Position numbers and translations under genes: made by a program. Below the pieces are notes generated by a model that was not told the origin of the DNA, searched no databases, and was given only the letters and a program-made list of their open reading frames with translations. 64,000 bases of DNA from Arenicellales bacterium (GTDB taxonomy: Bacteria; Pseudomonadota; Gammaproteobacteria; Arenicellales; JAANXG01): positions 16,242-80,241 of the forward strand of contig JBAUWJ010000190.1 in the NCBI GenBank assembly GCA_049583715.1, given 5' to 3'. Positions 35,964 to 47,954 of the stretch are shown piece by piece (within the stretch, counting starts at the first letter, position 1; each line of letters opens with the position of its first letter).

Positions 35964-38027
35964 TTGACCTCCACGGTCCAAAATCACCTGGCGAGCGAAA
36001 CCAGCCCGTACCTGCTCCAGCACGCGGGCAATCCCGTCGACTGGTACCCCTGGGGTCCGGAGGCGCTCGACCTGGCGCGAAAGAGCGGCAGACCGATACT
36101 CCTTTCCATCGGCTACACCGCATGCCACTGGTGCCATGTGATGGAGAAGGAGTCCTTCGAGGACGAAGCGACCGCCGCCTACATGAACGAGCATTTCGTG
36201 TGCATCAAGGTCGACCGCGAGGAGCGGCCCGATCTGGACAAGATCTACCAGATCGCCCACCAGATGCTGAGCCGCAGGCCCGGCGGATGGCCGCTGACCG
36301 TTGCCATGGACCCTGTGCACCACGTCCCGTTCTTCGCCGGCACGTATTTCCCGGACCGGCCCCGCCACGGAATGCCCGCCTTCACGGATATTCTGGCCCG
36401 TATCGTCGAGTTCTACGAGACCCACAGGGAAGACAGCCTGCCCGAGCACATCTCGGCCATGCGGGCGGCAATGGCCCAGCTCCAGGACGGACCGGCCGGC
36501 GACGCGGCGCCGGAGCTGCTCGACCGTGCAGCCGCGGAGCTGGAAAGTGCTTATGACTCCGTCAACGGCGGCTTCGGGGGCGCCCCCAAGTTTCCGCATC
36601 CGACGAATCTCAGTCTCTGCCTGCGCCTCTGGCGACGTTCCGCCCGGCAGGGTCCGTCCCGCGATCGCCTGCTCGAGATCGCCCGCCACTCACTCGAAGC
36701 CATGGCCGACAAGGGCTTGTTCGACCACGTCGGCGGCGGCTTTTATCGCTACTCGGTCGATGCCGGCTGGGTGATCCCGCATTTCGAGAAGATGCTGTAC
36801 GACAATGCGCAGCTCCTGCCGCTCTACACCGACGCGCATCTCGCCACCGGTGATCGGCGGTTCAGGGAGGTGGCGCTGCGCACGGGGCACTGGGTGATGG
36901 ACGAGATGCAGTCCCCGGAGGGCGCCTACTACTCTACGCTGGACGCGGACTCGGAAGGCGAGGAAGGACGTTTCTACCTGTGGACGCGGGACGAGATCGC
37001 CGCAGTTCTGGACAGCGAGGAGCTGGCCGTGGTCGAAGATCGATTCGGACTGCGCGGCGGTGCCAACTTCGAAGGCAAATGGCACCTGAACATCGCCCAG
37101 GACATCGCGTCGGTCTCCAGGCACACCGGTCTCGAGCGCTCGAGGGTCGAGTCTCGGCTGGAGTCGGCCCGAACCAAGCTGCACACGGCGCGCGGGAGGC
37201 GGACTCGCCCCTTCAGGGACGAGAAGATACTCACCGCCTGGAACGGGCTGATGATCCACGGCATGGCGCACGCCGGCCTGCAGCTCGGTGAGCCGGCATT
37301 CGTCGAGTCCGCCACCCGGGCGCTGGACTTCGTCCGGAACCGCCTGTGGCGGGACGGGCGCCTGTGCGCCACCACCAAGGATGGCGTGACTCGCCTCAAC
37401 GCCTATCTCGACGACTATGCCTTCCTGATCGACGCCCTGCTCACCGTCAACCAGTGCGCCTGGGACACCACTCGCATCCAATGGGCGATGACACTCGCGG
37501 ACTTCGTCCTCGAGCATTTCGAGGACAGGGCGCGGGGTGGATTGTTCTTCACATCGGACGACCACGAGGCCCTGCTGCACCGCGACAAGCCGGGCACGGA
37601 CGACGCGACGCCGTCCGGCAACGGCATCGCCGCCCGGGTGCTGCTCCGCCTAGGGCACCTGCTCGCCGAGACCCGCTACCTGGAGGCGGCCGGGCGTATC
37701 CTCGAGGCAATGTCCGGCGCCATGGCGCGATACCCTTCCGCCCACGGTGCCCTCTTGGAGGCACTCGACGAGTTTCACGACCCGGTGGAGACCATCGTGA
37801 TCCGCGGCCCGGACGAAACCACGGCGCCATGGCGCGCGGCCTGCGCCGGCTACTATCCCGACCGGCAGGTGTTTGCCATACCCGAGCAGACCGCGGGCAC
37901 ACTCCCCGGTATAATCGAGAACATGCGAATTCGCGGGAACGTCACGGCCTATGTGTGCCGCGGCACGGCGTGCAGCGAACCCATCACCGGGCAGTCCGCG
38001 CTCAGCCGGTATCTGGCGAAGGACTGA
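35964..38027 (+). CDS. Thioredoxin-domain protein of the YyaL/DUF255 (SSP411-like) family
   Basis: Track ORF 35502..38027 trimmed to TTG 35964. Segments [25 protein letters not shown] and [20 protein letters not shown] are typical, followed by a six-hairpin glycosidase-like C-terminal region. Confidence 0.9.
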   Translation: MTSTVQNHLASETSPYLLQHAGNPVDWYPWGPEALDLARKSGRPILLSIGYTACHWCHVMEKESFEDEATAAYMNEHFVCIKVDREERPDLDKIYQIAHQMLSRRPGGWPLTVAMDPVHHVPFFAGTYFPDRPRHGMPAFTDILARIVEFYETHREDSLPEHISAMRAAMAQLQDGPAGDAAPELLDRAAAELESAYDSVNGGFGGAPKFPHPTNLSLCLRLWRRSARQGPSRDRLLEIARHSLEAMADKGLFDHVGGGFYRYSVDAGWVIPHFEKMLYDNAQLLPLYTDAHLATGDRRFREVALRTGHWVMDEMQSPEGAYYSTLDADSEGEEGRFYLWTRDEIAAVLDSEELAVVEDRFGLRGGANFEGKWHLNIAQDIASVSRHTGLERSRVESRLESARTKLHTARGRRTRPFRDEKILTAWNGLMIHGMAHAGLQLGEPAFVESATRALDFVRNRLWRDGRLCATTKDGVTRLNAYLDDYAFLIDALLTVNQCAWDTTRIQWAMTLADFVLEHFEDRARGGLFFTSDDHEALLHRDKPGTDDATPSGNGIAARVLLRLGHLLAETRYLEAAGRILEAMSGAMARYPSAHGALLEALDEFHDPVETIVIRGPDETTAPWRAACAGYYPDRQVFAIPEQTAGTLPGIIENMRIRGNVTAYVCRGTACSEPITGQSALSRYLAKD

Positions 38028-38137
38028 CGCGGATCCTCGCGGGCCCATCCTCGCCACACGCAGCATGCCGGCCCGGACATGCCCTTCTCCGATCAACCCG
38101 GGCAGATTTTGAAATTGAACCCATCACGGAGCCATCC

Positions 38138-39904
<1,767 letters not shown>

Positions 39905-39968
39905 GGCGAGCGACTGTTTGACGGTGGGGATGGCTGGTGGCAGCGCGGCGAGCATGGGTCGGGGGAGG

Positions 39969-40036
39969 CTCGACAAGACCCAGCAGCCCAGTACCATCAA
40001 ACACTGCTTGTCGGAATGAATTCCGACCCACAGGGA
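39969..40036. repeat. Partial copy of the composite repeat (family C arm remnant plus family B REP hairpin)
   Basis: CTCGACAAGACCC...CATCAAACACTGCTTGTCGGAATGAATTCCGACCCACAGGGAG matches 18610-18725 with the middle deleted. The REP hairpin lies at 40010-40027. Confidence 0.75.
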
Positions 40037-40124
40037 GCGCCAACAATGAGACCCTGTTTGTACACCATGCGCAAAGACGTATAGAGTGTGTGGCACCCAA
40101 CGAACCTGCATCCAGGGATTTCCC

Positions 40125-40688
40125 TTGCTCTGCGAAACGCCTCCTGACGAGCCCGTCGTCGCCTACGTGGGACTCGGGAGCAACCTCGGCGACGGCCCGG
40201 CCACCCTGAGAACCGCCATCGCGGCCATCGACCTGCTGCCGCGCACGAGGGTTGCCCGGCGATCGTCCTTCTATCGGTCGCCGCCCATGGGCGTGGTCAG
40301 CCAGCCCTGGTTCATCAACGCCGTGGTTCAGGTAAGAACGCGCCTGACGGCGCCGGAGCTCCTCGCCGAGCTCCAGAAGATCGAGCGTCGCTGCGGGCGG
40401 GTCAGGAAGCTGCGCTGGGGGCCGCGCACGCTGGATCTCGACATCCTCCTGTACGGCGACAGTGTCACGAGCAGGCCAGAGCTGACAATTCCCCACCCCG
40501 GCGTCTCGTCGCGCGCTTTCGTGCTGTATCCACTCCTCGAGATCGCACCGAACCTGGAGATTCCGCGCATGGGGTCGCCCGCGTCTCTCGTCCGTCAGTA
40601 CCGCGGGCCGCTCCCCGTGCGTCTGCCTACCGGCCCGCGAGGCTTATCCGGCACGACGATCGCCGGCCTTCGGATCGACGCGCACTGA
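40125..40688 (+). CDS. folK: 2-amino-4-hydroxy-6-hydroxymethyldihydropteridine pyrophosphokinase
   Basis: Track ORF 40086..40688. A TTG at 40125 with an upstream AGGGA gives a better N-terminus (VVAYVGLGSNLG about 12 aa in). Segments RWGPRTLDLDILLY and IPHPGVSSRAFVLYPL are typical of FolK. Confidence 0.9.
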   Translation: MLCETPPDEPVVAYVGLGSNLGDGPATLRTAIAAIDLLPRTRVARRSSFYRSPPMGVVSQPWFINAVVQVRTRLTAPELLAELQKIERRCGRVRKLRWGPRTLDLDILLYGDSVTSRPELTIPHPGVSSRAFVLYPLLEIAPNLEIPRMGSPASLVRQYRGPLPVRLPTGPRGLSGTTIAGLRIDAH

Positions 40689-40754
40689 GTCGGCGGCGAG
40701 CCGACTTTCCGCACGGGATCGGGCCTGCGGGGGATGCCGGGGCGGTGATCGGCC

Positions 40755-41693
40755 TCACAGCTCCAGGCGGCTGCCGAAGCTCTCCTGGTAACGCCGTGCG
40801 AAATCCTCCGGCGTGAAGCTGTGGTTCTGCGTGCCGTGACGCTCTATCTTGATGCCGCCCGCGAGGGACGCTATGCGTCCGGTCGTTTCCCAGTCCAGAC
40901 CGCGGCTCAGGCCGTAGAGCAGGCCCGCCCGGTAAGCGTCACCGCACCCCGTGGGATCGACGACCTCTTCCACCTTGGCGGGCGGGATGTCCAGGGTTAG
41001 GCCACCGGCGTATATCCGCGACCCCTCTCCGCCCCGGGTGACGATGAGCGCCTCGACCTCGGAGGCGACTTCCTTGATATCCCGGCCGGTGCGCTCCTGC
41101 AGCAGCCGGCTCTCGTAGTCGTTGAGGGTGATGTAGGCGGCGCGCTCGATGAATGCATCGAGCTCCTCTTTTCCGAACATGGGCAGGCCCTGGCCGGGGT
41201 CGAAGATGAAGGGAATGCCGCGGTCCGCGTACTGCGCGGCATGCTCGATCATGGCGCGGCGCCCGTCCGGGGCCAGGATACCGAGGTCGACGCCCTCGAC
41301 GCCGTCCACGCGGTTACGATGGGCTTCGTTCATGGCGCCGGGATGAAACGCCGTGATCTGGTTGTCGTCCATGTCCGTAGTGATGTATGCCTGGGCGGTA
41401 TAGGTGCCGAACACGGGCGTCACGTGAGTGCGGTCTATGCCGTGCTTGTCGAGCCACCCGGCATAGGAATCGAAGTCGTCGCCGACGGTGCCCATGGGAA
41501 GGGGGTCGCCGCCGAGCAGCTTCAGGTTGTAGGCGATGTTGCCCGCGCAGCCGCCGAATTCCCGGCGCATGCCGGGAACGATAAAGCAGACATTCAGGAT
41601 GTGCACCTGGTCGGGAAGAATGTGGTTCTTGAACCGGTCCTCGAACACCATGATGGTGTCATAGGCAAACGATCCACAAATCAATACTGGCAT
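40755..41693 (-). CDS. PfkB-family carbohydrate/nucleoside kinase
   Basis: 312 aa. Segments GGCAGNIAYNL and the C-terminal VDPTGCGDAYRAGLLYG (the PfkB anion-hole/catalytic Asp motif) are present. Confidence 0.88.
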   Translation of the reverse strand: MPVLICGSFAYDTIMVFEDRFKNHILPDQVHILNVCFIVPGMRREFGGCAGNIAYNLKLLGGDPLPMGTVGDDFDSYAGWLDKHGIDRTHVTPVFGTYTAQAYITTDMDDNQITAFHPGAMNEAHRNRVDGVEGVDLGILAPDGRRAMIEHAAQYADRGIPFIFDPGQGLPMFGKEELDAFIERAAYITLNDYESRLLQERTGRDIKEVASEVEALIVTRGGEGSRIYAGGLTLDIPPAKVEEVVDPTGCGDAYRAGLLYGLSRGLDWETTGRIASLAGGIKIERHGTQNHSFTPEDFARRYQESFGSRLEL

Positions 41694-41800
41694 TCAATGC
41701 TCCAAATGAACGAAACAGACGAGCTCTGTCAGCTCGTGCGAGCGCGGATGGAACCGGCTCAGGGAAGGCGCCGCCTGAAAACCGGTCACGCGGCAGGCGT

Positions 41801-42190
41801 CTACTCGACCTCCAGCAACTCCTGATACGCATCGGAGTCCAGCAGCTCGTCCCAGTCACCCTCGTCGTCCGGACGCAGCCTGAACAGCCAGCCGTCGGCA
41901 TAGGGGCTCTGGTTCACCAGCTCGGGCGTGTCCTCCAATGCACTGTTCGTCTCCACGATCTCGCCGTTGACCGGCGCATAGATATCGGAGGCCGCCTTGA
42001 CCGATTCCACCACCGCGCATTCATCCCCGGCACCGACAGTGCTGCCGACCTCCGGAAGCTCGACGAACACCATGTCCCCGAGCTGGTCCTGCGCGTGGTC
42101 GGTGATGCCCACCTCGAAGTGTCCGTCCTCCATGCGCCGGACCCATTCGTGGGACTTGGTATAGCGCAGCTCACCAGGAATCTCACTCAT
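41801..42190 (-). CDS. gcvH: Glycine cleavage system H protein (lipoyl carrier)
   Basis: 129 aa. Segments [30 protein letters not shown] and the lipoyl-lysine motif VESVKAASD are present. Confidence 0.93.
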   Translation of the reverse strand: MSEIPGELRYTKSHEWVRRMEDGHFEVGITDHAQDQLGDMVFVELPEVGSTVGAGDECAVVESVKAASDIYAPVNGEIVETNSALEDTPELVNQSPYADGWLFRLRPDDEGDWDELLDSDAYQELLEVE

Positions 42191-42377
42191 TATTTTAGAA
42201 CCTCCTCAGATTCAGATGTAACACCCCGGTGCACGATGACCGGCCTACGGGAACTATAGCCACCGGAAAGAGCGAACTCCAGCTCGACACGCGACCAACG
42301 CCTCCTCGCCGATCCGGGGGCTCTCGGCGATGGGGCCGAGCCTCGCCCGGGCCGCGCGGATGGCCGCCGACCGATGT

Positions 42378-42839
42378 TCAGGATGCCCCCAGTATTCCCT
42401 CGTTTTTCTTGATCGAGCACTTGCCGTTCGTCTTCATGCCCTGGCACACCCCGTACATGTGCAGCGAGTGACCCTCCAGCACAAAGCCCGCGTTCTCCGC
42501 AACCTTGCGCTGGCGCTCCTCGATGGTCTTGTCGTAAAACTCGAACACGCGCCCGCACTCGACGCACACCATGTGATCGTGGTGGCCCTCGTCGTCAAGC
42601 TCGAAGACGGACCTGCCGCCCTCAAAGTTGTGGCGGATCACCAGGCCCGCGCTCTCGAACTGCGTCAGCACGCGATACACGGTCGCCAGCCCGATGTCCT
42701 CCCCGGCGTCGAGAAGCTCCTTGTAGACGTCCTCCGCGGTCATGTGCCGCACCTCGGCGCCCTCCAGGATGCCCAGGATCTTGAGACGCGGAACGGTTGT
42801 CTTCAGGCCCGCCCTCTTCAGTTCGTTGCTCGATGACAC
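42378..42839 (-). CDS. fur: Ferric uptake regulator
   Basis: ORF 42378..42887 trimmed to GTG 42839 (VSSSNELKRAGLKTTVPRLKILGIL aligns with the Fur N-terminus). The metal sites HHDHMVCVECGRVFEF and HSLHMYGVC are present. Confidence 0.93.
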   Translation of the reverse strand: MSSSNELKRAGLKTTVPRLKILGILEGAEVRHMTAEDVYKELLDAGEDIGLATVYRVLTQFESAGLVIRHNFEGGRSVFELDDEGHHDHMVCVECGRVFEFYDKTIEERQRKVAENAGFVLEGHSLHMYGVCQGMKTNGKCSIKKNEGILGAS

Positions 42840-43001
42840 CGTCAACGCTCCACGGTGGGACAAGCCACCTTGAATGTCAGCCCCCACAATCGCCCCATTG
42901 TCTCCCCATTATCTCAAATTACGGTCGTGAGCATAGCCGGATGCGGGCCGGCGCGGCATTTGGCGCGAGCGGAGCCGATGGGCCGCTCTCATTGACGATG
43001 C

Positions 43002-44198
43002 CTAGAACCGGGGCCGCGACGTCCCGAGAGCCTGCCGCGTCAGAAAATGCTTCAGCCAATCCTGGTGGTCCACCACGTCGAGACCCAGGCCCCGCAGGCG
43101 GTGGACGACCGTCGACTCGGTCGAGAACAGTCCATGCAGGGCATCCAGCATTCGCATCGTGGAAAAGTTCTCGCTGCGCCGCCAGCGCTCGAATCGACGC
43201 AGGACGTGCCGGCGGCCGATGTCCCGCCCCTTGCGCGCGCCTTCGAGTAACACGCGGGCCAGCGAGCAGGCATCACCGAATCCAAGATTGACGCCCTGTC
43301 CGGCGAGCGGATGCACGACGTGGGCCGCGTCCCCGATGAGCGCGCCGCGCTCGACGACATACTGCGCCGCGCTGCGTCTCGACAAGTCGAAGCTGCGCAC
43401 GGCACTGACCACCTCCACCTCCCCCAGCCTGCGGTCGAACGCCGCCTCCAGCCGGCGGCCGAACGATGGCTCATCCAGACCGGTCAGCTCCTCGGCGAGC
43501 TCGGCGTCACAGGTCCACACGACGGAGCAGTGACCGTTCGCCAGGGGCAGGAACGCAACGGGGCCGGACGGCAGGAACCGCTGCCAGGCCGTCATCCGGT
43601 GCGGGAGCGCCGTCCGGACTTCGCATACGAACGCCTTTTGACCGTAAAGGCGCATGTCCAGGGCAACTCCCAGCTCCTGCCTGACCCAGGAATGCGCACC
43701 GTCGGCTCCGACTACGAGCTTGCCCGTCAACATCTCTCCGCCACTCAGGGTCAGGCGGCAATGCTCGTCGTCCACGACGAGGCGCTCCGGCTCGGCACCG
43801 AAGCGGCACTCGATGTTGGCCGCGCTGCCTGTGGTCTCTCGCAGTGCATATTGAATGTTGGCGTTCTCGATGATGAATCCCAGCCACGACTCCCCGAGCT
43901 CGGAGGCATCGAATTCGATCGATCCTTCGCTGCATGCGTCCCAGACGCACATCGACCGATACGGACCTATCCGGCTCGCATCGAGGCGGTCCCAGGCGCC
44001 GATCGCCTTCAGTATGTCGCGGCTGCCCGGACTGACGGCGCTCACTCTGAGGTCATAGTGCTCCGCCGGCGGAGGCTCCGGCGGCGCGCCGGCATCCAGC
44101 AGCGCCACGGAAAACGGCGAGTCCGCCAGGGCGGCCGCGAAGCTCGCTCCGACCATGCCCGCCCCCACCACCAGGATGTCGTAGCCCGACCCGCTCAT
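43002..44198 (-). CDS. ubiI: UbiH/UbiF/UbiI-family FAD-dependent ubiquinone hydroxylase (UbiI/VisC by synteny)
   Basis: 398 aa. Segments DILVVGAGMVGASFA and GDAAHVVHPLAGQGVNLGFGD are present. The position directly after ubiH mirrors the E. coli order pepP-ubiH-visC. Confidence 0.82.
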   Translation of the reverse strand: MSGSGYDILVVGAGMVGASFAAALADSPFSVALLDAGAPPEPPPAEHYDLRVSAVSPGSRDILKAIGAWDRLDASRIGPYRSMCVWDACSEGSIEFDASELGESWLGFIIENANIQYALRETTGSAANIECRFGAEPERLVVDDEHCRLTLSGGEMLTGKLVVGADGAHSWVRQELGVALDMRLYGQKAFVCEVRTALPHRMTAWQRFLPSGPVAFLPLANGHCSVVWTCDAELAEELTGLDEPSFGRRLEAAFDRRLGEVEVVSAVRSFDLSRRSAAQYVVERGALIGDAAHVVHPLAGQGVNLGFGDACSLARVLLEGARKGRDIGRRHVLRRFERWRRSENFSTMRMLDALHGLFSTESTVVHRLRGLGLDVVDHQDWLKHFLTRQALGTSRPRF

Positions 44199-44199
44199 G

Positions 44200-45426
44200 T
44201 CACACCGACAGCGGCACGCCGCGGGTCAAGCGCGGCAAGCGGCCGCCGAGGCCCATGGTTCGTTTCACCAGGAATCTCTTGGCGGGCGGAAAGTGATTCA
44301 GCGCCGTCAGAGCGATATTGCGGCCCGCGACAAAAGGGGCGATCTCATTGGCGAACACGCGGATCAGGCCGTCGGTGAATCGGGTGGTCGCGCGCACATC
44401 CCGCCGGCGCCAGTCCCTGTACTGGTCGAGGACCGTGGCGCGGCCGACATCACCGTTGTATCTGGAATGAGTCGCCAGAACATCGGCAAGAACGGCGACG
44501 TCGCGCAGCCCCAGGTTGAACCCCTGTCCCGCAACCGGGTGAATGGTGTGCGCGGCGTTTCCCACCGCCACCGCCCGGCCCCGCACCGGTTCCGGCACCT
44601 CGAGCAGCTTCAAGGGATACGGCCGTCGGCGGCCGGGCGAGACCAGGGGTCCGAGCCAGTCCCCGAAGCGTGCCTGCAGGCGATCCAGGAACTCCTCGTC
44701 GGAGTACGCCAGGATGCTCTCGACGTCGTGGTCCCGCGCCGTCCAGACCACCCCGTAGCGACTGTCGCTCGTCGGCAACATCGCCAGGGGGCCGGTCGAG
44801 GTGAAGCGTTCGAACGCCGTGCCGGCGAGCGGCACGCGCGAGGTGACGGTGCACAGTATCGCGCTCTGGTGGTAGTCCGTCGTCCTGGCATCGATTCCCA
44901 CCATGTCGCGCGCGGCGGAGCTCGTGCCGTCGGCGAGCACGACCAGGCGCGCCCGGACGGGGTCCTCCCGCGAGTCCAGGCGCACTGAAGCCCCGTCGTC
45001 GTCCGTCTCGATGGCGGTGACCCGGGCGGGGCAGTACAGGCGCGCAGCGCCGGCGGCCTCGATCCGCTCCACCAGGCTCAAGCCGATGACACGCGCCGGC
45101 ACGACGTAGCCCAGCGCGGGCATGTTGAACTCGGCAGCCGACAGCCGGACCTTGCCGTAATGCCCCCGGTCCGAGATGTGGATGTGCTCGATGGGCGTCA
45201 CGCCCCGGGCCCTGACGGCCGGCCAGACGCCGATGCCGTCCAGGATGCGCATCGACGCGGGTGCCAGGGACAGCATCTTCTCGTCGTAGCTCGGCTGGGC
45301 ATCGGAGCGAAACGGCACGGCCTCGACCAAGGCGATATCCAGCCCCGTCGGCGAAAGCGCGCAGGCGAGGCTCGCGCCGATCAAGCCGCCGCCGACGATG
45401 ACCACATCGTGCTCCGTTCCGCTCAT
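44200..45426 (-). CDS. ubiH: 2-octaprenyl-6-methoxyphenol hydroxylase
   Basis: ORF 44200..45627 trimmed to ATG 45426 (MSGTEHDVVIVGGGLIGASLA), which overlaps the pepP stop in an ATGA. The segment GNAAHTIHPVAGQGFNLGLRD is present. Confidence 0.88.
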   Translation of the reverse strand: MSGTEHDVVIVGGGLIGASLACALSPTGLDIALVEAVPFRSDAQPSYDEKMLSLAPASMRILDGIGVWPAVRARGVTPIEHIHISDRGHYGKVRLSAAEFNMPALGYVVPARVIGLSLVERIEAAGAARLYCPARVTAIETDDDGASVRLDSREDPVRARLVVLADGTSSAARDMVGIDARTTDYHQSAILCTVTSRVPLAGTAFERFTSTGPLAMLPTSDSRYGVVWTARDHDVESILAYSDEEFLDRLQARFGDWLGPLVSPGRRRPYPLKLLEVPEPVRGRAVAVGNAAHTIHPVAGQGFNLGLRDVAVLADVLATHSRYNGDVGRATVLDQYRDWRRRDVRATTRFTDGLIRVFANEIAPFVAGRNIALTALNHFPPAKRFLVKRTMGLGGRLPRLTRGVPLSV

Positions 45427-46730
45427 GCGCCGCTCATGATGGATTCGATCTCGTCGATGGTCTTGGGCGCGTGGGCGGACAGCACCAGATTTCCCTTCCG
45501 CTGCACCAGCACGTCGTCCTCGATCCGAATGCCGATGTTCCTGAAACGCGGATCGATGTCCTCGTCCTTGCCGATGTACAACCCCGGCTCGACGGTCATC
45601 ACCATTCCCGGCTCCAGGGCACGCCATTCAGTCTCGACCTTGTAGTCACCCACGTCGTGCACGTCCATGCCCAGCCAGTGTCCGGTGCGGTGCATGTAGA
45701 AGCGCCGGTAATTACCCTGCTCGATATTGTCATCGACGCCGCCTTCGAGCAGCCCGAGCTCGATCAGGCCCTCGACGAGCACCCGCACCGCCGCCTCGTG
45801 CGGCTGATTCCAGTGGTTTCCGATCCGCGCCTGCTCGATGGCGGAGAGCTGGGCGGCGAGCACGATCTCGTACACGGCCTTCTGCGGACCGGTGAACTTG
45901 CCGTTGACCGGGAACGTCCGGGTGATGTCCGAGGCGTAGTAGTCCAGCTCGCCGCCCGCGTCGATGAGCAGCAGGTCGCCGGAGCGGAGCTCGTCCCGGT
46001 TCGAGATGTAGTGCAGCGTGCAGGCGTTCGCCCCGCCGGCGACGATGGGTGGATAGGCCCAGGACTCACAGCCGGATTTCTTGAACTGGTACTCGAGCTC
46101 GGCGGCGATCTCGTACTCCATCATTCCCGGTCGGCAGACCTCCATGACGCGTCGATGAGCCGAAGCGGAGATCCTGGCGATCCGTTTCATGATGTTGACC
46201 TCTTCCGTTCGCTTGATCAGCCGCAGCTCATGCAGGATGTGCCCGAGGTCCACGATTTCGTTCGGCCCGCTCATGCCCACGCGCGACTTGGTCTTCACTT
46301 CCTGGACCCAGTTCAGCAGCTTGACGTCGAAGTCGTTGTGGCTGCCCACCGTGCAGAATACCTTGCGCCGGTTCTCCAGCAGGCCGGGCAGGATCTCGTC
46401 GATGTCGTCGATGGGAAACGCGTCGTCCGCCCCGTACTCGGATACCGCGCCATCGAGCCCGGAGCGCCGCCCGTCCCAGGTCTCCCTTTCGTCGTCCCGC
46501 TCGCGACAGAAGAGGATGAACTCCCCCTGCTCGCGGTCCGGGCACAGAACAGCCACCGCCTCGGGCTCGGGATATCCCGTGAGGTAGAAAAAATCGCTGT
46601 CCGGACGAAAAGGGAACAGCACGTCCCGGTTGCGGACACACTCCGGTGACGTGGGAATGACGGCGACGCCGCCTCCCATCAGTTGCATGACGTCCTGCCG
46701 CCTGCGGTTAAAGACTTTGGGGTCGAGCAT
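45423..46730 (-). CDS. pepP: Xaa-Pro aminopeptidase
   Basis: 435 aa. Segments FRPDSDFFYLTGYPEP, DAGGELDYYASDITRTFP, HRTGHWLGMDVHD and EPGLY..IGIRIEDD are typical of M24B peptidases. Confidence 0.94.
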   Translation of the reverse strand: MLDPKVFNRRRQDVMQLMGGGVAVIPTSPECVRNRDVLFPFRPDSDFFYLTGYPEPEAVAVLCPDREQGEFILFCRERDDERETWDGRRSGLDGAVSEYGADDAFPIDDIDEILPGLLENRRKVFCTVGSHNDFDVKLLNWVQEVKTKSRVGMSGPNEIVDLGHILHELRLIKRTEEVNIMKRIARISASAHRRVMEVCRPGMMEYEIAAELEYQFKKSGCESWAYPPIVAGGANACTLHYISNRDELRSGDLLLIDAGGELDYYASDITRTFPVNGKFTGPQKAVYEIVLAAQLSAIEQARIGNHWNQPHEAAVRVLVEGLIELGLLEGGVDDNIEQGNYRRFYMHRTGHWLGMDVHDVGDYKVETEWRALEPGMVMTVEPGLYIGKDEDIDPRFRNIGIRIEDDVLVQRKGNLVLSAHAPKTIDEIESIMSGA

Positions 46731-47309
46731 TCAGTTCAGGCTCCCGTCCGCAAGGTCCGGTTTCAGCTCCGGCTGCATCTCCTCGAAAACGAGCTGCACG
46801 CCGACCCGGACATACTCCTCGATCTCGACCAGGGCTCGCTCGTCCTCCTCCCCTTCGCCACCGGCCCGTGCCTCGCTGATCTTTATCAAATCCTGCACGA
46901 ACTCGCCGCCGTCCTCCTGGAGCCCGTCCAGCACGGCGGCCTGCTCACCGCACAGCAGCGCCAGGACGAAGCCGCGCGCCCAGTCGGCCAGCGCCGCCGC
47001 GCGCTCGGCCACAGGCTCGTCGTCGTCGGGCAGCAGCAGGTTGAACTCGATACCGGCATCCAACGTCCGCCAGGTCTCACCCATCAGCGCGTCCACGAGC
47101 TCCATCACCATGGTTTGACCGCCGCCGACGCTCCGCCGCAGACCCATCAACGCGGACAGCGCGGAATCGGCGTCCTCCACGAGTTTGAGCTGGCGGCACA
47201 CCTGGCCGCACACCATGCCGTGCACCTCCGACGCGCGCAGGTCCAGAGCGGCGAGGTCCAGGGCGGCCTGGAGTTGAACGTAGCTGGTCGTTTGTTGATC
47301 CGGAGACAT
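46731..47309 (-). CDS. ygfB: UPF0149 family protein YgfB
   Basis: ORF 46731..47342 trimmed to ATG 47309. The segment ASEVHGMVCG...LLPDDDEPVAERAAALADWARGFVLAL is YgfB-like. The gene is directly upstream of pepP and divergent from zapA, as in other gammaproteobacteria. Confidence 0.85.
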   Translation of the reverse strand: MSPDQQTTSYVQLQAALDLAALDLRASEVHGMVCGQVCRQLKLVEDADSALSALMGLRRSVGGGQTMVMELVDALMGETWRTLDAGIEFNLLLPDDDEPVAERAAALADWARGFVLALLCGEQAAVLDGLQEDGGEFVQDLIKISEARAGGEGEEDERALVEIEEYVRVGVQLVFEEMQPELKPDLADGSLN

Positions 47310-47412
47310 GAGTATACCGTTGCCTGGAGTGGCACGGTGCATTGTACCCGCCTGCTGTCAAGAGCAAAAAGCGTTGACCGTTCATTTCTCTATGCCTATA
47401 TTTCGAGAAGCT

Positions 47413-47637
47413 ATGGTAGGGGACAATCCAATTACTCAGGACCTCAAGGCGCTGGAGGAACGCATCGACGCGCTCATCGGTCTGTGCCGGCGTCTGCGCG
47501 AGGAAAACGAAGGCCTGAAGCACAGCCGGGAATCCCTGATCGAGGAGCGGACCAAGCTGGCCGAAAAGAACAAGATGGCCCGTTCGAGGCTGGAATCGAT
47601 CGTCGACCGGCTCAGAGCGCTGGAGAAGACCACGTGA
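47413..47637 (+). CDS. Small coiled-coil protein (ZapB-like / TIGR02449-like) preceding zapA
   Basis: 74 aa starting at ATG 47413. The segment LKALEERIDALIGLCRRLREENEGLKHSRESLIEERTKLAEKNKMARSRLESIVDRLRALE has a heptad pattern. Its stop overlaps the zapA GTG (GTGA at 47634-47637). Confidence 0.7.
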   Translation: MVGDNPITQDLKALEERIDALIGLCRRLREENEGLKHSRESLIEERTKLAEKNKMARSRLESIVDRLRALEKTT

Positions 47638-47945
47638 ATTTCGACGGTCACCAGAATATGAAAGTATCCATATTCGGCAAGGAATACTCGGTGGTATGCA
47701 GCCCGGAGCAAAGAGATGCGCTGCAAAGGGCGGCGGGTCATTTGAATGATAGAATGCAGCAGATTCAGAGGAGCGGAAAAGTGATCGGCGTGGAGCGCTG
47801 CGCGATCATGGCCGCGTTGAACATTACCTACGAGCTTCTGGAACTGAAGGAGAAGACCGCCCATTCCAGCCAGGTCACCAGCCAGCTCCAGGCGCTGACG
47901 CAGAAGCTCGAGGCGGCGGTACAGGAACAGAAACGGCTTTTATGA
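47634..47945 (+). CDS. zapA: Cell division protein ZapA
   Basis: This is the 3' part of track ORF 46683..47945. The segment KVSIFGKEYSVVCSPEQRDALQRAAGHLNDRMQQI aligns with the ZapA N-terminus. The start is GTG 47634 or ATG 47658. Confidence 0.88.
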   Translation: MNFDGHQNMKVSIFGKEYSVVCSPEQRDALQRAAGHLNDRMQQIQRSGKVIGVERCAIMAALNITYELLELKEKTAHSSQVTSQLQALTQKLEAAVQEQKRLL

Positions 47946-47954
47946 CAGAATAGA

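Noticed and set aside
37346-38137. Long 5' extensions of real genes in the ORF track: icd from 37346, lgt to 35352, cysI to 58481, ppsR to 27269, prfC to 25242, ubiH to 45627, zapA from 46683, the lipoprotein gene from 34591 and yyaL from 35502.
   Set aside because: The extensions overlap upstream genes or repeats. They have shadow-frame composition and precede well-conserved N-termini that begin at internal start codons. Those internal starts often form ATGA, GTGA or TGATG overlaps with the neighbouring gene.
42191-42377. A possible glycine riboswitch in the 187-nt spacer upstream of gcvH.
   Set aside because: I could not find the conserved glycine-aptamer elements (GGAGAG ... ACCGAAGGGGCAA-type). 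Only generic GC-rich hairpins are present, probably the fur terminator.
42895-42915. A Fur box upstream of fur (GAGATAATGGGGAGACAATGG on the minus strand).
   Set aside because: Only about 8 of 19 positions match the GATAATGATAATCATTATC consensus. The match is limited to one GATAATG heptamer, which is too weak to report as a site.
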